From contig MHFT01000024.1 of the NCBI GenBank assembly GCA_001804315.1, positions 13,610-77,609 of the forward strand: a stretch of 64,000 nucleotides of DNA. Direction: 5' to 3'. A model generated the notes under the pieces. It searched no databases and was not told the origin of the DNA. It saw only the letters and a program-made list of their open reading frames with translations. How positions within the stretch are numbered: position 1 is the first letter of the stretch; every line of letters starts with the position of its first letter. The position numbers and the translations under genes are program-made. The DNA comes from Omnitrophica bacterium RIFCSPLOWO2_12_FULL_50_11 (GTDB lineage Bacteria; Omnitrophota; Omnitrophia; Omnitrophales; Danuiimicrobiaceae). Shown piece by piece: positions 35,701 to 38,260 of this stretch.

Positions 35701-37675
35701 TCGAGATGAAATGGGCATAGAGGCGACCAATTATGACGAGCTTGTCCGTGCGATGACGGAACGTTTCAGCTATGTTGTTCACGTGAATGCAGCTAGCATT
35801 GCGCGTACGCTTCCTCCACGCACGAGTTGGAACGACTTTGAGGATTTGGAGATCGCGGGCGTTTTGGGTCTGATCGATGCACTTGGCAAATACGATCCTG
35901 CTCGAGGCGTTCAGTTCGACTCGTATGCAAAGCATAGAGTAAGGGGAGCTATCTTGGATGAATTGAGAAAAATAGATCCTGAAAAGAGAGAAGTGAGGGA
36001 GCTTGCAAACGCTCTTCAAGAGGAGGGACGAACTCGTTCCACATCAGAAGAAGTGGTGGGGTCCTATGATGTCACACGCGCTGCCGTGTTAAGGGCTCTG
36101 CAAGTTGCTCGCGGCGGAGACATATCACTAGATAAAAAATTGTTTGAGACGGATACTGGAAAGAGCGTCACGATAAAGGATAGGCTTCTAAGCAACAGTC
36201 CGACTGGAGATTTTGTAGCAGAGCAGCGCGACTTAATCGAATATGTGATGCGGCCGTTGAGCCCCCGGGAGAAAGCGATATTGATTTTATATTACCACGG
36301 GAATTTGCCGATGAAGCAGGTCGGAGAAATTTTGGGTGTTAGCGAATCACGAATCTCTCAGATATTGAAAGATCTTCCTAAGCGGATAAAAGAACGAATG
36401 CATGAGTTTTTTGAGAGAGGAACTCTTATGCGGCTAGACACATTCGCGGCAAGAAGTCGATATGCGAGGCTAGCTACCGGCCTTCGTCGCAGGGACGTTA
36501 CGCAACAGCTCTACAGGAACGTCGAGAAAGGCTTGATGAGGCCGAGAGAGGAAACGTTCGTAAAATTAGCAGATGCTTATGGCGTTAGCATACAGTGGCT
36601 GAAGACCGGCCACAACATTCCTCCCTTTTTGAGTCCGGAGCATTTGGAAGTTGGTGCCAAAGCAATTGTGGCGATTGAAGAAGAAAGAATAAGAATGGCG
36701 CTTCCGATCGGCATCTTGGCGCACGAGGCAAAGGTATCTCGTCGCGCCTACCTATTTTACGTAGCGGGTAAAGTGATTCCGACCTCTGACGTCCTAAGCC
36801 GCCTTAGGAGTGCTCTTGAGACAGCAAAACCTGGCGGCAAGTATCCGACTCGAGAATCTGTCTTGGAGGGACTAGCAGCACGTGAGGCAAAGAAGTGGCC
36901 AAGTCATGTTAGGGCGCTCCAGATTGGTGAACATAAAGATGCGGCACTTCTGTATGCGGCCAGAAAATTTGGAATTGAACTACCTCGGCCGCCGAGAACT
37001 GGCGAACATCCGAAGGCAGAAAAAAGCCGCTCCAAAGACTCCAAGAAACCTCGTTCTGAAACGAGGGTCATTCCCACTTTCTCCAGCTTGCCGGAAGCTG
37101 AGCCACAATCGGCAGTCGAAACCGAAAATCGTTTGATCGTGACGCTTGGGGAACTTCGAATAAGCGGCGAGCTGCGGGCGAAATTGAAAGAAGCAATTCA
37201 GGTGAATCAAGCCAACCCAACGTTTATCCTGGTGATTGTCGATACGGAATTTAGACACGAGCTTCTAGCTGAGCGAGAGCTTTTTGGGCTTTTTGGGAGG
37301 GATTTCTTTATTCGTTATCCCGTGGAGCTTCACGGACGGGAGAGTCTTAAAATTTCGACCGAAATGTCGCCGTGGGTGGTACTCAATCGCGCGATTGGTG
37401 CGGCGCGTAAAGAAGTCGGTCTTAATGGTTCTTTCTTTTCACCCCAAGTGATTGCGTCGGGGAGCCACGATGTTCTCTCTCGTCTCGGCCGGCGTGATAC
37501 GCCACTCCTTGTAGCCGAACCGCTCCTATTCGATTTGGCGCGCCGCCTATTCGACCTTAAAGATGCTCAGGCGTGGTTCCGCCAGGCAGCTGGCCCCGAG
37601 GGAATTCTCCATCCGTGGGCGGAACACCTGCGTACGTTAATGCTGACTCGACAAGCGCAGGTCGCCGCTGCATAA
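14798..37675 (+). CDS. Giant 7625-aa modular protein / putative polyprotein with RxExR-delimited cargo modules
   Basis: Stop-free over 22.9 kb, with promoter and RBS. Recognisable phosphorylase, sigma, XRE and HEAT modules are separated by about 30 R-[ASPG]-E-x-R motifs. Ends VAAA. Confidence 0.85.
   Translation: [7625 protein letters not shown]
15000..16150 (+). other. Giant ORF N-terminal conserved domain (putative TraB/TIKI/EreA/RRSP-fold hydrolase)
   Basis: QDAH, VEGG, ERD and TGGFH; shared with ORF 752-3859. Confidence 0.55.
16211..16323. repeat. REP-like palindrome, family A (GTCATCCTGAG...GAAGGATC / GATCCTTC...CTCAGGATGAC), translated inside the giant ORF
   Basis: Intergenic copies at 43025-43098, 47909-48015, 50780-50880, 62130-62208 and 62923-63008. 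Confidence 0.85.
17017..17301 (-). CDS. Small coiled-coil protein nested antisense in the giant ORF (copy 1)
   Basis: MSKGNPTKPKK...heptads (RFSAVEE RLSAVED RLFFVEN RLSGVES); AAGGAG RBS; promoter at 17351-17379. Confidence 0.75.
   Translation of the reverse strand: MSKGNPTKPKKRADSYTVTEVGTLIEDLRGQFRAVVEGVGPLPNRFSAVEERLSAVEDRLFFVENRLSGVESAVRVALPGLSKRVACLESKIGI
17351..17379 (-). promoter_or_regulatory. Antisense sigma70 promoter inside the giant ORF
   Basis: TTGACA-N17-TACAGT on the minus strand. Confidence 0.65.
17500..18290 (+). other. Giant ORF module: multi-TM Mpv17/PMP22-like domain
   Basis: [10 protein letters not shown]...[13 protein letters not shown]...[10 protein letters not shown] resembles the Mpv17/PMP22 signature. 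Confidence 0.5.
19327..19689 (-). CDS. Small coiled-coil protein nested antisense in the giant ORF (copy 2, paralog of 17017-17301)
   Basis: MSKGNPTKPKKMADSYSVTEVGTLLE..., same RBS; promoter TTGACA-N17-TACCTT at 19739-19767. Confidence 0.75.
   Translation of the reverse strand: MSKGNPTKPKKMADSYSVTEVGTLLEALDKKFDTLAEGQSGLDTRMERLEVTVHGNSRRLDTIELRINVLNGKASRLEDAVSKLSKDLRDTRTELGETRSELKEEIRGIGNRLTAAESGA
19819..19965. repeat. Palindromic repeat family C (CCCTCTCCC / GGGAGAGG) with a TTTCCGCCAAA...GGCGGA insert, inside the giant ORF
   Basis: Related elements at about 39146-39362, 45728-45780, 53929-54042 and 57137-57190. Confidence 0.7.
20138..22948 (+). other. Giant ORF module: alpha-glucan (glycogen/starch) phosphorylase, GT35, plus a C-terminal CBM48-like domain
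   Basis: AYFSAEF...[44 protein letters not shown] and EASGTSGQK (PLP Lys); then NW...GVWAIVIP...FKF. Confidence 0.9.
27302..27433 (+). repeat. About 130-bp hairpin linker repeat bracketed by two RxExR codon blocks
   Basis: Near copy at 29117-29248; partial copies at about 32326-32410 and 32975-33064; variant at 20009-20137 (GAGTGCGGAA... versus ATTCCGCATTCCGCACTC). Confidence 0.85.
27434..29116 (+). other. Giant ORF module: sigma-region-2-like helix plus about 5 tandem XRE-type HTH domains
   Basis: [42 protein letters not shown] and [12 protein letters not shown]; the first four are followed by a LA..L.TT[VI]..L-type segment. Confidence 0.8.
29249..30370 (+). other. Giant ORF module: RpoD/RpoS-like sigma70 factor
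   Basis: FLTREEEK (1.2), [30 protein letters not shown] (2), REPTMEELA (3), [21 protein letters not shown] (4). Confidence 0.88.
31613..31843 (-). CDS. hicA: HicA-family toxin nested antisense in the giant ORF
   Basis: LCRVFELAGFRRVRQTGDHLVYIKPG...IVIP...IILNNLRTAGIS (catalytic G-x-H). Confidence 0.88.
   Translation of the reverse strand: MSRITPIPYQNLCRVFELAGFRRVRQTGDHLVYIKPGVSRPIVIPQYRAVPVFIILNNLRTAGISREQYFSLLGQI
31859..32134 (-). CDS. hicB: HicB-family antitoxin nested antisense in the giant ORF
   Basis: FREGPTFVSVCPELSVASCGDTVDDARRRLMEAVRLFLE. Confidence 0.88.
   Translation of the reverse strand: MRKIEFTSLIFREGPTFVSVCPELSVASCGDTVDDARRRLMEAVRLFLEESSRMGTLKDILQEEGFIARDPAGTEWTSPPLIATEHSEVTF
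32144..32172 (-). promoter_or_regulatory. Promoter of the nested hicBA operon
   Basis: TTTACG-N17-TATAGT with extended TG, about 10 nt before ATG 32134. Confidence 0.6.
32505..32621 (-). CDS. 38-aa single-TM peptide nested antisense in the giant ORF
   Basis: MDGATANVVFLAVILLVIILGIVFLDWQGRRREKHSHL; GAGAGGA RBS upstream; below the ORF-track cutoff. Confidence 0.5.
   Translation of the reverse strand: MDGATANVVFLAVILLVIILGIVFLDWQGRRREKHSHL
34421..35218 (+). other. Giant ORF module: coiled-coil plus HEAT (PBS-lyase-like) repeats
   Basis: [25 protein letters not shown] and [13 protein letters not shown]. Confidence 0.8.
35620..36850 (+). other. Giant ORF module: FliA/WhiG-like sigma factor followed by two XRE-like HTHs
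   Basis: [58 protein letters not shown]...[34 protein letters not shown]. Confidence 0.88.
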
Positions 37676-37688
37676 TCATAGGCACAGT

Positions 37689-38143
37689 TTGGAGATTCTC
37701 ATCAACGAACTCACTGTGAGTGAGGCAAGGCAAAGGTTCTTTGAACTTGTGAAGAAAGCGGTCAGAGATCATTTGCCGATTCAAATTACTTCAAAATCTG
37801 GCGAAGCGGTTCTCATATCAAAAGAGGATTACGATAGTTTGCTCGAGACGCTCGAACTGTTTTCGACGCGGGGTATGTTGAGGAGTATTAGTCCGGTTTT
37901 CTCATCAATTTGGCGGATTGATGAGAAAACCGCTTTGGACGCACGAAGTTGCGTCCAAAGTTTTGCGCCCCTGTAAAAACGGGGCGCAAAAGACAACCCC
38001 TGTGGTACAAATGGACAAGCCCATTTGCACCACAGCCTCTTCGAGGGCATTTCTCATTGGCGATGAGAAATGCGGGTTAGAGAAGCACGTGAAGATATTA
38101 AGTCCGGGATGACGAAGTCTCTCAAAGAAGTTTTCGGGCGATG
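37689..38143 (+). pseudogene. Phd/YefM antitoxin split by a 189-bp insertion
   Basis: TVSEARQRFFELVKKA...AVLISKEDYDSLLETLE. Removing 37892-38080 restores ...MLRSIREAREDIKSGMTKSLKEVFGR-stop. Confidence 0.8.
37892..38080. mobile_element. Non-autonomous MITE-like element with hairpin ends, flanked by TTAG
   Basis: TTAG at 37888-37891 and 38077-38080; terminal hairpins; the 39-bp end is repeated in inverse orientation at 55664-55702. Confidence 0.7.
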
Positions 38144-38260
38144 AAGCGCCAATCTTACACCATCCTTGTCTTAGATTCCTGGTAGTTCATGGCAATGAGG
38201 AACCGAGGGCGAATTTTCGGTACGTACCGAAAATCGAGTTGTCGGACGTAAGGACTAATT

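Noticed and set aside
16391-37066. RxExR repeats as a CRISPR array or canonical integron attC sites
   Set aside because: The repeats are only 15 bp and degenerate, spacing runs from tens of bp to kb, no cas or intI gene is present, and I saw no consistent RYYYAAC/GTTRRRY cores
14798-37675. Giant ORF as an NRPS/PKS, RTX/adhesin or intein-containing gene
   Set aside because: No such motifs recognised; the modules are unrelated enzymes and regulators
14798-37675. Giant ORF as an artefact of stop-codon reassignment
   Set aside because: Neighbouring genes end normally at TAA, TAG and TGA, and the ORF is open under the standard code
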